A stretch of DNA of 38,724 bases from Candidatus Coprovivens sp. (GTDB lineage: Bacteria; Bacillota_I; Bacilli_A; RF39; UBA660): positions 1-38,724 of the forward strand of contig JBJFGS010000037.1 of the NCBI GenBank assembly GCA_051892935.1. The letters are read 5' to 3'. Position 1 is the stretch's first letter, and each line of letters begins with the position of its first letter. The translations under genes and the position numbers were made by a program. Under the pieces are notes generated by a model. It was not told where the DNA came from. It saw only the letters and a list, made by a program, of their open reading frames with translations, and searched no databases. Shown here in pieces: positions 28,752 through 38,724 of this stretch.

Positions 28752-30134
28752 ATGATAACGGATAAACTAAAAGAAGAGTTTAATAATTCAACAGATTTGA
28801 TACATAAACAATTTAATAAAATTAATATAATATATTTAGAGAGTCTATGTAATAGTGATAAAATTAATGAGTATATATTGCAGAATATTACTTTGGGACA
28901 TAAGTATTTATTTTTAAAAGATATTGTTAGTGGACCAAATGTTATTTATGTTGAAGATTATAATTTAATTAAAGAATATTTGTTAAATGGATTTGCTTTA
29001 GTATATGATAAAAAAGATATGTTAGTTTGTGAAGTTAAAGGTGATCTTTATCGAAGTATTACTCCTCCCACTGCTGAAACAGCAGTTAATGGTCCAAAAG
29101 ATTCATTTAATGAAAGTATTATAATGAATTTAGGATTAATTAAAAGAAGAATAAAGACTTCAAAACTAATTAATGAAGACTTTTCTTTAGGTACTAAAAC
29201 ATTAACTAAAGTATCAATGTTATATTGTGATGACATAGTAAAAAAGGATTTACTTGAAGAAGTTAGAAAAAGAATTAACAAGATTAAAATAGATGGAATT
29301 ATTGATATTGAAGTGTTAATGCAGTATATGAGTGATGATGTTGATAGTTCTCCTATGCCGACATTATTAAAAACTGAAAGACCAGACAGGGTTTCTCAGG
29401 CTTTATTAGAAGGTAAAGTTGTATTAATTGCAGATAATTCACCATATGCTTTAATACTTCCAGCTTTTTTTAGTGATTTTGTTAATCCTCAAGGAGATAA
29501 GTATGTTAGAGCTATAAATGTTAATGCTATAAAAGTAATTAGGTTTTTATGTGTAGTAATTACTATTATACTTCCTTCTTTATATATAGCTATAATTAAT
29601 TATAGTCCTGAGACAATACCTATACAGCTTTTGTTATCTTTTCAAGCAGGAAGAAGTGGTGTACCATTTCCTTCTTCATTTGAATCGTTATTTATGATTT
29701 TTTTATGTACGATATTAAGAGAAAGTGATATAAGGTTTCCTTCTACTTATGGTAGTTCTATTTCAATATTAGGAGCTTTAATACTTGGTGAAGCAGCTGT
29801 TGCTGCTAATATTGCTAGTCCTATTATGATAATAATTATTGGAATTACTTTTGTAACAGGTTTAGTATTTAGCAGTGGTGAAGTTATTGATGGTTTAAGA
29901 ACTTATAGATTGTTATTATTAATACTTACTATAATATTTGGACTTTATGGATTTGTTATTGGATCATTTTTTATAGTTGTAAATCTATGTAATACAGAAA
30001 GTTTTGGTAAACCATATTTATATCCTATAGCTCCTTTTAATAAAAATTATTTTTTTAAAACACTATTAAAAAAGGATAAAGATATGAAAAGAAATAAAAT
30101 GTTAACAGATAATATAACTAGAGGTAATATATGA
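28752..30134 (+). CDS. Spore germination receptor subunit A (GerAA/GerKA family)
   Basis: GPKDSFNE, TERPDRV, LLEGKV, RSGVPFP, SFGKPYLYPIAPF. Confidence 0.92.
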   Translation: MITDKLKEEFNNSTDLIHKQFNKINIIYLESLCNSDKINEYILQNITLGHKYLFLKDIVSGPNVIYVEDYNLIKEYLLNGFALVYDKKDMLVCEVKGDLYRSITPPTAETAVNGPKDSFNESIIMNLGLIKRRIKTSKLINEDFSLGTKTLTKVSMLYCDDIVKKDLLEEVRKRINKIKIDGIIDIEVLMQYMSDDVDSSPMPTLLKTERPDRVSQALLEGKVVLIADNSPYALILPAFFSDFVNPQGDKYVRAINVNAIKVIRFLCVVITIILPSLYIAIINYSPETIPIQLLLSFQAGRSGVPFPSSFESLFMIFLCTILRESDIRFPSTYGSSISILGALILGEAAVAANIASPIMIIIIGITFVTGLVFSSGEVIDGLRTYRLLLLILTIIFGLYGFVIGSFFIVVNLCNTESFGKPYLYPIAPFNKNYFFKTLLKKDKDMKRNKMLTDNITRGNI

Positions 30135-31156
30135 AAAAAATAATTTTTATTATAGGAATAGTTTTGTTGATTAGTGGTTGTTATGATTATAGAGAATTAA
30201 ATGATATGAGTATTGTAAGTGGTATTGGTATTGATTATGTAGATAATCAGTATAAAGTTATTTTTGAAATTACCGAAAGTAAAAAAGATGGTAGTTCAAC
30301 TGAAATAAGTACAAGTATTGTTGTAGGTAGTGATTCTAATATAAGTAAGGCTTTTGATATTGCTAAGAATAAAACTGATAAAGATGTATATTTAGAACAT
30401 ATAGAGTTGTTAGTAATTAGTAAGTCTTTAGGTAAACATGGAATAAATGAATGCTTAGATTATATAATAAGAGATACTTCAATAAATAGTAATTATTTAT
30501 CAGTTATTGCTGATAATCCAGAAGTTATTTTAAAACAAGTAAAAGACAATAAAAGTATGTCACAAACTATAAAGGATACAGTTATTTATACACAAGGTAA
30601 TACAAGTATTGATGATTTGGATATTTTAGCTAGTAAGTATATTACTGGTAGAAAAGATATAGCTCTTCCATATGTTTATTTAGATAGTGATAATATTAAT
30701 TATAATAGTGTTTATTATTTTAATGGGGATAAGATTGTTGATGAAATAAATCAAAAAATGTATTCTTTTTTAGTATTAGATACTACTAATACATTGTTTA
30801 CTAGAAATGGTAATACTATAAAAGTATATAGTAAGAAGATATCTACTGATATTAAAGATAATACTATAACTATTAATATTAAAGTAAATGGACAAATAAG
30901 TAAGATAAATAAAGATATTAATCTTAAGGATACTGATATATATAACGATTTAGAAATATTAATTAATAAACAAATTAAAGAAGAAACAATAAAATTTATA
31001 GATACTACTTTAAATAAGGAATCTGACTTACTGGGTTTTAAAGATATATATTATAAAAAGTATAAAAAGAAGATAAATAGTTTTAACTATAAAGTTAATG
31101 TAGATACTACAATAAGTAAAAATGGGTCTATATATGAGGTGCTAAATGATAAATAA
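30131..31156 (+). CDS. Spore germination receptor subunit C lipoprotein (GerAC/GerKC family)
   Basis: Lipobox LISGC followed by YDYRELND...GIGID; C-terminal SDLLGF. Confidence 0.88.
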   Translation: MKKIIFIIGIVLLISGCYDYRELNDMSIVSGIGIDYVDNQYKVIFEITESKKDGSSTEISTSIVVGSDSNISKAFDIAKNKTDKDVYLEHIELLVISKSLGKHGINECLDYIIRDTSINSNYLSVIADNPEVILKQVKDNKSMSQTIKDTVIYTQGNTSIDDLDILASKYITGRKDIALPYVYLDSDNINYNSVYYFNGDKIVDEINQKMYSFLVLDTTNTLFTRNGNTIKVYSKKISTDIKDNTITINIKVNGQISKINKDINLKDTDIYNDLEILINKQIKEETIKFIDTTLNKESDLLGFKDIYYKKYKKKINSFNYKVNVDTTISKNGSIYEVLNDK

Positions 31157-32102
31157 AAGACAATATAATATATTAAGTTTTTATTTAACTAGATCTCTTT
31201 TTTTAGGGACAGGTTTAAGTTTGTTAGTCGGTTTATCTAATAATGATATACTTATTACTGGTTTTGTCGGATTACTATTAGGATATTTTTTGTTATATTT
31301 GTTTTTTAAGAAAGGATATGTTAATAATATAGTTAATATTATTATAGCTATAAGTGTTTTATTTATTAATACTCTTTCTAATACAATACTTACTAATACT
31401 TTTTTATTATATACTACTCCATCTTTATTTATTGTTTTATTATTCTTTTTAATTTTAATTTATGCAAGCAAGTTTAAGTTTACTATTATAGGGAGAATTA
31501 GTGAAGTATTTATAGTTGTTTCTTTTTTAGAAATATTACTGTCTTTATTAGGATTATTTCCTTTTGTAGAGTTAGATAATCTATTACCTCTTTTTAATAC
31601 AAAGATTATTAATATTATGAAAGGAGTTTTGGTTTTTACAGCTTCAGCTCTTTTACCTAATATACTCTTAATTAATTATAAAGATAATTTAAGATTTAGG
31701 GATGTTCAATGGGGATATATAGTTGGATCATTGCTGATGATTATTGTATTATTTTTAACTATTACTATATATGGTAGTAAGTTTGCTACAATGATTAGGT
31801 TTCCTGAGTTTCTAATACTTAAAAAAATAAATATAATGGGTTATTTTAATAATGTAGAAAATATTTTAGTTGTAGAATGGATGATTAATATACTTATTAC
31901 TGCTTTATTATGTGTTAAAGTTATTAGGGATAGTTGTCCTAAAATATTATTTTATATTATTATAATTGGTTTATTAGTGGGTAGTGAGTTTATATTTACA
32001 AATAGTTATGCTAATATATTGCTTATAAAGGAATATTTTTATTATATTGGATTGATTTTAATTTTGTTAGGATTAATTACTAAAAAAAATAAGAATTATT
32101 AA
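31146..32102 (+). CDS. Spore germination receptor subunit B (GerAB/GerKB family, polytopic membrane protein)
   Basis: Multiple TM segments, IGRISE and NLLPL motifs, position in the operon. Confidence 0.8.
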   Translation: MINKRQYNILSFYLTRSLFLGTGLSLLVGLSNNDILITGFVGLLLGYFLLYLFFKKGYVNNIVNIIIAISVLFINTLSNTILTNTFLLYTTPSLFIVLLFFLILIYASKFKFTIIGRISEVFIVVSFLEILLSLLGLFPFVELDNLLPLFNTKIINIMKGVLVFTASALLPNILLINYKDNLRFRDVQWGYIVGSLLMIIVLFLTITIYGSKFATMIRFPEFLILKKINIMGYFNNVENILVVEWMINILITALLCVKVIRDSCPKILFYIIIIGLLVGSEFIFTNSYANILLIKEYFYYIGLILILLGLITKKNKNY

Positions 32103-32113
32103 ATTCTTATTTT
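32086..32113. terminator. Bidirectional terminator between convergent genes
   Basis: AAAATAAGAATT / AATTCTTATTTT. Confidence 0.6.
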
Positions 32114-33509
32114 ATTTTGCATTAAGATCTACTATGTTTGGATTCTTAAATGATTTTTCATCATTTGTTTTTCCAGTTACTTTGTATACTGTTTTTAGAA
32201 GACTATCTTCTGAACTATCGTATTTATGCATTAAGCTAATTTCATAACCATAGTTGTTTTTATATCCTTTTTCATTTAAAGTATTAAGTATTTCATCTAT
32301 TATTAAAGAATAGTCTGTTGTATTATCATATTGATCATGTATTTCAATAATCATTTTGTATTTTTGACTATTGAAATAATCTTTTTGGGATTTTACTAAT
32401 TCATTTTTGAAATTTAATTCTGTACTTACTTTAAATTGATTTTCAATATTATTTTCTTTTTTATATATTTCATAGTATTCATCACAATCAAAGCAATCTC
32501 CTACAAATGTACAATTTTTTTCTGGATATAAGTATACGTTTATTTCGTCAGGATTAGTTACACTTGTTAATTCACTAATTATGTTCTTTTTTAATTGATT
32601 AATAATTATTGTATCCATATAACTATCTATTACAACATACTGATTTGATCCTTCATTATATGCTATGCTGTTTACTTCGAATTTGTTTCCATAATTATCT
32701 GAACAAATTCTTGTTACAGCTTTTCGATTATCTTTAGTTAAAGAATATTTTTCTTTTGTTTTATCACACGTAAACGTTAGATTATAACGATTTTTTAATG
32801 TTTTCATAACGAATTCTTCTTCTGTTTCAGCTTGAACTACTGTTTGTCTTTGGAATACATATTTATAAAAAGTATCTTTGTAGTTAATATATAAATATGA
32901 TGGTACTGCTATTATAGCAACAAAGAAGAGGAAATATCCTATGGTTTCTAGGGCTTTAATATTCTTGTGATCTCCAACTATTTTTGTTACCATATTTGAA
33001 ATAATTAAACCTAAAAAGGCGGTTATTGCTCCAGCTATAGAATAGTATGTCCATAAGTCCATGTTTTCCTCTTGAAACATTGACATTACAAATGTTAGAA
33101 CTGCTACTATCATTCCTCCTACCATAGTTGTTGATGGGAAGATTGATTCTTTTTTTTCTTTTATAGCAAAGATGATAGAACCTAATACTATGTATATTGG
33201 TATTATAAAGATGAATAATTCGTTTTTATTAATTGTATTGTATAATGAGAAGTATGTTATTATAGCACCAATAATAGTCCAGAAGATAGCTTTGCTTGTA
33301 GCGTTTTTTCTTCTTATTTTTTCTTCGTGTTTTTCTATTGCTTCTGCTTGAGCTTTTCTTTCTTCTTGTTCTTCTTTGGCTAATTGATCATAATATGCTT
33401 GAGGAATTTCAATAAGTGGTTTTTGTTCTGGTTGTTGAGAATTTTCAATGTTATTATTTAATGTTGGTAATTCGTTATTAAAATCATTTTTATTTTCGTT
33501 ATTTGGCAT
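32112..33509 (-). CDS. Hypothetical membrane protein (about 5 TM + C-terminal soluble domain)
   Basis: Charged N-terminus, five hydrophobic segments, Cys-containing C-terminal domain. Confidence 0.7.
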   Translation of the reverse strand: MPNNENKNDFNNELPTLNNNIENSQQPEQKPLIEIPQAYYDQLAKEEQEERKAQAEAIEKHEEKIRRKNATSKAIFWTIIGAIITYFSLYNTINKNELFIFIIPIYIVLGSIIFAIKEKKESIFPSTTMVGGMIVAVLTFVMSMFQEENMDLWTYYSIAGAITAFLGLIISNMVTKIVGDHKNIKALETIGYFLFFVAIIAVPSYLYINYKDTFYKYVFQRQTVVQAETEEEFVMKTLKNRYNLTFTCDKTKEKYSLTKDNRKAVTRICSDNYGNKFEVNSIAYNEGSNQYVVIDSYMDTIIINQLKKNIISELTSVTNPDEINVYLYPEKNCTFVGDCFDCDEYYEIYKKENNIENQFKVSTELNFKNELVKSQKDYFNSQKYKMIIEIHDQYDNTTDYSLIIDEILNTLNEKGYKNNYGYEISLMHKYDSSEDSLLKTVYKVTGKTNDEKSFKNPNIVDLNAK

Positions 33510-33550
33510 TTATATCACCCTATTCTTATTTTATTATATCATAAAAAAGA

Positions 33551-33576
33551 AAAATAACAGTATAAACTGTTATTTT
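33551..33576. terminator. Intrinsic terminator
   Basis: AAAATAACAGT / ACTGTTATTTT. Confidence 0.6.
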
Positions 33577-34907
33577 AACCATTTTAATTTTTTTAATAGT
33601 ATTAATAATGAAGATATTCCTATTATGGTTGTAATACTAACTATAATAATAATATCAGTAGTTTCTGGATTTTCTACAGATACTTTATAGTTTACTGTTA
33701 TATAAATATCATCTTCAGGCATTATAAATTTATTATTAATTACTGGAATTATATTACCTATATTATCTATTATTTCTATATTATCTAATTCATATCCTGA
33801 GTTAGGTATTACTTCTATTGTTAGTTCTTTACCTGGTAGTGAGTCTTTTTCGACGTTTACTTGGCCATATAAATTATCATTAACTATTATAGATATATTA
33901 AAGTTATAAACGACAAATATATTAGTTGTGTCTATTTCTTTTGCTAGCTCTTGGGCATATATTATTAGTTGATTATTTGTTTTAGTTAATTGATTATAAG
34001 ATAAAGTCTTATTATTGTAAGTTCGAGATAATTCTATACTTTCTTCTAATTTACCAGATGTATTATATATTAGAAGATGTTCTCCTTTTTGATTACTTGA
34101 AAGAATAATTATTTTATCTTTAATAAATTCAACATCTAAGTATGTTTCATTATTTGTATCTTCTGTATTTAGTACTATATTACCTTCTTTATCTATAATA
34201 GTAAATCTTGCTCTGTAATCGTATCCAGTTGTTTCATTATATATAGTATTTTCAGAATATCCGACTAGAATACTATAATCTTTTGTATAAGATGTATCTA
34301 AGTAATGAGTTATACGATTGTTTTCTTCTTGATCATTCATTCTAATTAAGTAGTAGTCGCCTTTTAGAATTTTTTTTACTAAACTTGATTCATAACTACT
34401 TAAATTGTTTTCTGTTATATTTAAATTATTATCTATTTCATAAATAGTACTACTTAACATATTTTCATTTTCAAATAACATTAGATATACTTTATTATCA
34501 TATTGATAAGTTTTTATAGTAGCGTCGTTATCTATCATATAAGATGTTTCTTTTTGATTAGTTATTTGGAGATTCTTATCTATAAGGTATACTTTTAGAG
34601 AATTCTTTTCTATTCCAACAATAATAATATTATTATTGTATTTAATGAATTCGGAATTAGATAAAGTAGAAAATTCTTTTGTTAAAGATTCTTCAAATGA
34701 TGAGGTTGTTCTGATTATTTTGGTTGCGTTACTAGATGTTTCTGTTAATATATATTTTTTATCTTCTATAGTAAGGATGTTTTTGTAATTTTCGATATTA
34801 TTGTATTCATAAGTCTTATTATATTTAATTATACTATCAGCTTTAACTGGAATAATAAATATTAAAGAAAGAAAAAATATAAATATTAAATATTTTTTGT
34901 TTTTCAT
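33570..34907 (-). CDS. Secreted/surface-anchored protein with an InlB B-repeat-like domain and NPET sorting-like signal
   Basis: Signal peptide ending VKA; PNSGYELDNI...FIMPEDDIYITVNY; NPET + hydrophobic helix + basic tail. Confidence 0.7.
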   Translation of the reverse strand: MKNKKYLIFIFFLSLIFIIPVKADSIIKYNKTYEYNNIENYKNILTIEDKKYILTETSSNATKIIRTTSSFEESLTKEFSTLSNSEFIKYNNNIIIVGIEKNSLKVYLIDKNLQITNQKETSYMIDNDATIKTYQYDNKVYLMLFENENMLSSTIYEIDNNLNITENNLSSYESSLVKKILKGDYYLIRMNDQEENNRITHYLDTSYTKDYSILVGYSENTIYNETTGYDYRARFTIIDKEGNIVLNTEDTNNETYLDVEFIKDKIIILSSNQKGEHLLIYNTSGKLEESIELSRTYNNKTLSYNQLTKTNNQLIIYAQELAKEIDTTNIFVVYNFNISIIVNDNLYGQVNVEKDSLPGKELTIEVIPNSGYELDNIEIIDNIGNIIPVINNKFIMPEDDIYITVNYKVSVENPETTDIIIIVSITTIIGISSLLILLKKLKWLK

Positions 34908-34970
34908 GTTATCACTATCCTAGTTTAATTATAATATATTTTTTTATAAAAGAAAAGAAAGATAATTGAA

Positions 34971-37900
34971 TTATCTTTCTACATCTATATAGCATTCATG
35001 ACCATTTAAATCACATAATTCAGTTAGATTATCTTTCTTAATGATATCTAGTGATAAAGTTTCTGCTTTAATATATTCTCTAAATTGATCAATACATTTT
35101 TCTATTTCTTCATCACCACTATAGTATAGTGTTATACGATCAGCAACATTAAAGTCTTTAGCTTTACGTAGTTGTTGAACTTTAGATACTAGTTCACGAG
35201 CAATACCTTCTAAGATTAATTCTTCTGTTAATGTTGTATCTAATATTATGAAGTTGTTGTTTTCCATACCAACGTTAAATCCTTCTTTTGAAGAAATACG
35301 TATTTCAACCATATCTGGTGTTATCTCTTTGTCTTCGTTTCCGATATTCATTGTTATATTTTCACCATTTTGTAATTTTGTAATATCTTCTTTTGAAAGG
35401 TTTTCTAATTTAGTTTGGAATTCTTTGATTAATGGTCCGAATACTTTACCTACTTCTTTGAAGTTTGGCTTTACAGATAAATTCATATATTCATTTAAAT
35501 CTTCTGTGAAGATTACTTCTTTAATATTTAATTCTTCTTTAATTAATGGAATTAAATCAGCAATTAAATCTTTGTTTTTACCATCTATTAGGGCTTCACT
35601 AAGAGGTTGACGTACTTTTATTTTGGTTTCTTCTCTTACGTAACGACCTATTGATATTAGATTACGTACTAAATCCATTCTATTTTCGATATGTTCATCA
35701 ATTAGTTTTTTATTAGCTACTGGGAAATCAGCTAGATGTACTGATTTTGATCCAGTTAGTTTGGTATAAATTTCTTCTGTTACATATGGTATTATTGGAG
35801 CACATATGCGACATAATCCTTCTAATACTTCATATGTTGTTATATAAACACTCTTTTTAGAATTGTCTAGTTTTGATGACCAGAATCTATCACGGTTACG
35901 TCTTATGTACCAGTTTGATAAATCATCTGATACGAATGATGTAATTGCTCTAGTTACTAAGTTTAAATCGTAGGCATCATAATATTCTGTTACTTCTTTT
36001 AATAATTTATTATATTTTGATAATAACCATTTATCTATTTCTTCACGTTTACTATATGGTACTTTGCATTTAGTAATATCTATTTCATCTATATTTGCAT
36101 ATGTTTGGAAAAATGAATAAGTGTTCTTTAGAGGATTAAAGAATTTAGAGTATACTTCTTTTACTCCAGACTCTCCAAATTTTAGTGGTGTCCATACAGG
36201 AGATGCATATAGCATATACCATCTAATATTATCTGCGCCATATTTATTCATTATTTCAACTGGGTCAATAATATTACCTGTTGATTTAGACATCTTTTTA
36301 CCAAATTCATCAAGCATCATATCGTTTACAACAACATTTTTAAAACTTGATTTACCAGAAATAATTGTTGAGATAACAAGTAATACATAGAACCAACCAC
36401 GAGTTTGGTCTAATCCTTCAGCTATGAAATCAGCTGGGAATTGTGATTCGAATAGTTCTTTGTTTTCGAATGGATAATGGAATTGGGCATATGGCATTGC
36501 TCCAGAGTCAAACCATACATCCATAACGTCAGTTACTCTGTTCATTATTTTGCCACAATCTGGGCATTTAATATGTAAATCATCTACATATGGACGATGT
36601 AATTCTATATCTCTTACATTAACATTTTCTACTACTTTTTCTTGTAATTCATCTAGTGAACCAATAACTTCTTTGTGACCACATTCACAAGTCCATACTG
36701 GTAGTGGGCATCCCCAGTATCTATTTCTTGAAATACCCCAATCAATCATGTTATCTAACCAATTACCGAAACGTTTTTCACCTACGTATGCAGGATACCA
36801 ATTGATTTTTTCGTTTTCTTTAATAATCTTATCTTTGTATGCAGTTGTTTTAATATACCATGCTGGTTTTGGATAACTTATTAAAGCTGATTTACAACGC
36901 CAACAATGTGGGTAATCATGAGTTATTTTTATCTTTTTAAATAGTTTGTCATTATCTTTTAACCATTTTACTATTTCTATTTCTAAGTCTTTATCAGTTA
37001 CTAAGCGTCCTTTCCATGGCCCATCATTATAACAGCCATCTTCACCTACAGGGTTGACAAAACCGATACCGTTTTTTTGACATACACGATTATCATCATC
37101 ACCATAGGCAGGAGCAATATGAACAACACCTGTACCATCGTCAGCTGTAACATAATTATCAGCGATAACTTCGAATGCTCTACCTTCAACGTTTACAAAT
37201 GGCATTAGTTGTTCGTATTTTAATCCTACTAAATCAGTACCTTTATATGTTTCTAATACTTTATATTCTTCACCTAAAACTTTTGGAGCTAGGCTTTCGG
37301 CTAAGATAAATTTATAGCCCATGGATTCTGCTTTTATGTAAGTTAATTCTGGATTAACACAAAGTGCAACATTAGCTATTAATGTCCATGGAGTTGTTGT
37401 CCATGCTAGGAAATATTCATCAGCATCAACTCTTTTTAGTGGAACGATTACTGTATTAACTGAATCTTCTTGATATCCTTGAGATACTTCATTAGCAGAT
37501 AATTCTGTTCCACAACGAGGACAATACCATAATACTTTATTTCCATGGTATAGTAGTCCTTTTTTATCCATTTCTTTGATAATCCACCATTCTGATTCGA
37601 TGTATTCATTATCACAAGTAACATATGGATGTTCACAATCAATAAATTGTCCCATCATATCAGTAACAGCATTTACTTCATCTATATTAGTAGCAGTTGT
37701 TTTATTACATTCTTTACAGAAGTTTTCAACACCGAATTTTTCGATATCTTCTTTTCCTTTAAATCCTAATTTTTTTTCAACATTTACTTCAATTGGAAGA
37801 CCATGAGTATCAAGTCCTATTTTTCTTAGTACACGATATCCTGTCATTGTCTTGTATTTGCAGAATGTATCTTTAATTGTTTTAGCAAAAACGTGGTGAA

Positions 37901-38069
37901 TACCTGGTTTAGCATTTGCATATATTGGTCCATCATAGAATACCCAATCTTTTTTGTCTTTTCTATTATCAATTGTTTCTTCTAAGATATTTTCTTTTTG
38001 CCATTTTTCAAGAATACTTTTTTCAACATCTGCAATTGGTCTTTTGTCTAATTCAGCAAATCTATTCAT
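34971..38069 (-). CDS. ileS: Isoleucine--tRNA ligase, type 2 (IleRS2)
   Basis: FYDGPIYAN, GIHH, AWTTTPWTL, GTGVVHIAP, EGLDQTRGWF, KMSKS, type-2 C-terminus EGIARELVSKVQQLRK; ATG 38069 with GGAGG RBS. Confidence 0.96.
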   Translation of the reverse strand: MNRFAELDKRPIADVEKSILEKWQKENILEETIDNRKDKKDWVFYDGPIYANAKPGIHHVFAKTIKDTFCKYKTMTGYRVLRKIGLDTHGLPIEVNVEKKLGFKGKEDIEKFGVENFCKECNKTTATNIDEVNAVTDMMGQFIDCEHPYVTCDNEYIESEWWIIKEMDKKGLLYHGNKVLWYCPRCGTELSANEVSQGYQEDSVNTVIVPLKRVDADEYFLAWTTTPWTLIANVALCVNPELTYIKAESMGYKFILAESLAPKVLGEEYKVLETYKGTDLVGLKYEQLMPFVNVEGRAFEVIADNYVTADDGTGVVHIAPAYGDDDNRVCQKNGIGFVNPVGEDGCYNDGPWKGRLVTDKDLEIEIVKWLKDNDKLFKKIKITHDYPHCWRCKSALISYPKPAWYIKTTAYKDKIIKENEKINWYPAYVGEKRFGNWLDNMIDWGISRNRYWGCPLPVWTCECGHKEVIGSLDELQEKVVENVNVRDIELHRPYVDDLHIKCPDCGKIMNRVTDVMDVWFDSGAMPYAQFHYPFENKELFESQFPADFIAEGLDQTRGWFYVLLVISTIISGKSSFKNVVVNDMMLDEFGKKMSKSTGNIIDPVEIMNKYGADNIRWYMLYASPVWTPLKFGESGVKEVYSKFFNPLKNTYSFFQTYANIDEIDITKCKVPYSKREEIDKWLLSKYNKLLKEVTEYYDAYDLNLVTRAITSFVSDDLSNWYIRRNRDRFWSSKLDNSKKSVYITTYEVLEGLCRICAPIIPYVTEEIYTKLTGSKSVHLADFPVANKKLIDEHIENRMDLVRNLISIGRYVREETKIKVRQPLSEALIDGKNKDLIADLIPLIKEELNIKEVIFTEDLNEYMNLSVKPNFKEVGKVFGPLIKEFQTKLENLSKEDITKLQNGENITMNIGNEDKEITPDMVEIRISSKEGFNVGMENNNFIILDTTLTEELILEGIARELVSKVQQLRKAKDFNVADRITLYYSGDEEIEKCIDQFREYIKAETLSLDIIKKDNLTELCDLNGHECYIDVER

Positions 38070-38070
38070 A

Positions 38071-38616
38071 TTATTTCTCCTCCATTTCAAAATTTAAATC
38101 AGCTAGATGTTCACCATCAAATCCATAATGATCATAGATACTAGCAACATCTAGTGTTATTATGTCTTTTTTATCTATTCCTAGTTTAGTAAGTGTTTGT
38201 TCAACATCCTTAACAGATGAACCTTCTATTTCTATGTATTCTGGAATAAGAGGCCATCTATCTAAGTCTATTTCTACTCCATCAAGGATATATTGTGTAC
38301 GTTTATTTTGTTGGAATCCTCTATTTTTAAAGCCAAGTTCTTCTAATACTTGGTTTGTTTTAGCAAAGTCATCTACTACTATTTCTAGTTCTTTGGTACC
38401 ATCTATTGTTTTAGCTTGTAGATCTTTGATTGTTAAGGTTGTTTTTTTACCATCTGTTCTTAGACGAATCCATTTGTTATCCTGTTTAGGTTTTAAATCA
38501 TATACGTATCTTTGTTGTAGTGCTTCAAACTTAAACTCAGCACCAAGACTTTCTAACTTTTTAACCATTTCATCATGATTAATTTCAAGAATTCGTACTT
38601 CGTACTCTGTATTCAT
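38071..38616 (-). CDS. CYTH-domain protein (CyaB/class IV adenylate cyclase-like triphosphate tunnel enzyme)
   Basis: EYEVR, WIRLR, LTIK, KELE, KRTQY and YIEIEG motifs. Confidence 0.85.
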   Translation of the reverse strand: MNTEYEVRILEINHDEMVKKLESLGAEFKFEALQQRYVYDLKPKQDNKWIRLRTDGKKTTLTIKDLQAKTIDGTKELEIVVDDFAKTNQVLEELGFKNRGFQQNKRTQYILDGVEIDLDRWPLIPEYIEIEGSSVKDVEQTLTKLGIDKKDIITLDVASIYDHYGFDGEHLADLNFEMEEK

Positions 38617-38635
38617 TATACCAGTCCCTTCTAAA

Positions 38636-38724
38636 TAAAAAAGTTCATAAATCTAAGGGCGCAATAATGCGTGGTACCACCTTAGTTTATGAACTATATC
38701 ATACACTTTATCTCTTAACGCGAG
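38636..38724 (-). promoter_or_regulatory. T-box riboswitch, 3' portion (runs off the window edge)
   Basis: Minus strand AAGGTGGTACCACG T-box (38670-38683), downstream CGCCCTT antiterminator half, terminator stem and T run; lies upstream of the ileS operon. Confidence 0.88.

Noticed and set aside
1115-38578. Short opposite-strand or nested ORFs in the track (e.g. 1115-1339, 4372-4656, 16767-17108, 35248-35610, 38162-38578)
   Set aside because: They overlap well-supported genes and show no recognisable motifs; treated as shadow ORFs

Overview
Very AT-rich Firmicutes (Bacilli-like) chromosomal window, read with the standard genetic code. The right part (about 27.4-38.7 kb) looks like core genome: the 3' half of a T-box leader, a CYTH protein, a type-2 IleRS with a non-canonical GIHH motif, two membrane/surface proteins, a gerA-type germinant receptor operon and rlmD/rumA. 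Everything downstream of rlmD (1-27.3 kb) is an accessory island with two parts. (i) A defence operon: AbiEi/AbiEii, a fused BcgI-like restriction-modification enzyme and a HEPN-motif protein. (ii) A polymorphic toxin locus: XRE regulators, a secreted protein, an LL-H-type holin and a CHAP-SH3 endolysin, then two tandem cassettes and a silent orphan RHS-CT/immunity pair. Each cassette is a short phage fibre/baseplate-tip-like protein with HxH motifs, a signal-peptide-less DNRLRE/CBM/RHS toxin and an immunity gene. A shared TCGC-N7-GCGA tandem palindrome precedes the lysis operon and both cassettes. The best candidate for an undescribed system is this holin/endolysin-linked, fibre-paired RHS toxin module. 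Several of its genes are interrupted (two (TA)n frameshifts, a probable A7 frameshift and one nonsense codon). All family assignments are from motif recognition by eye; no database searches were run.
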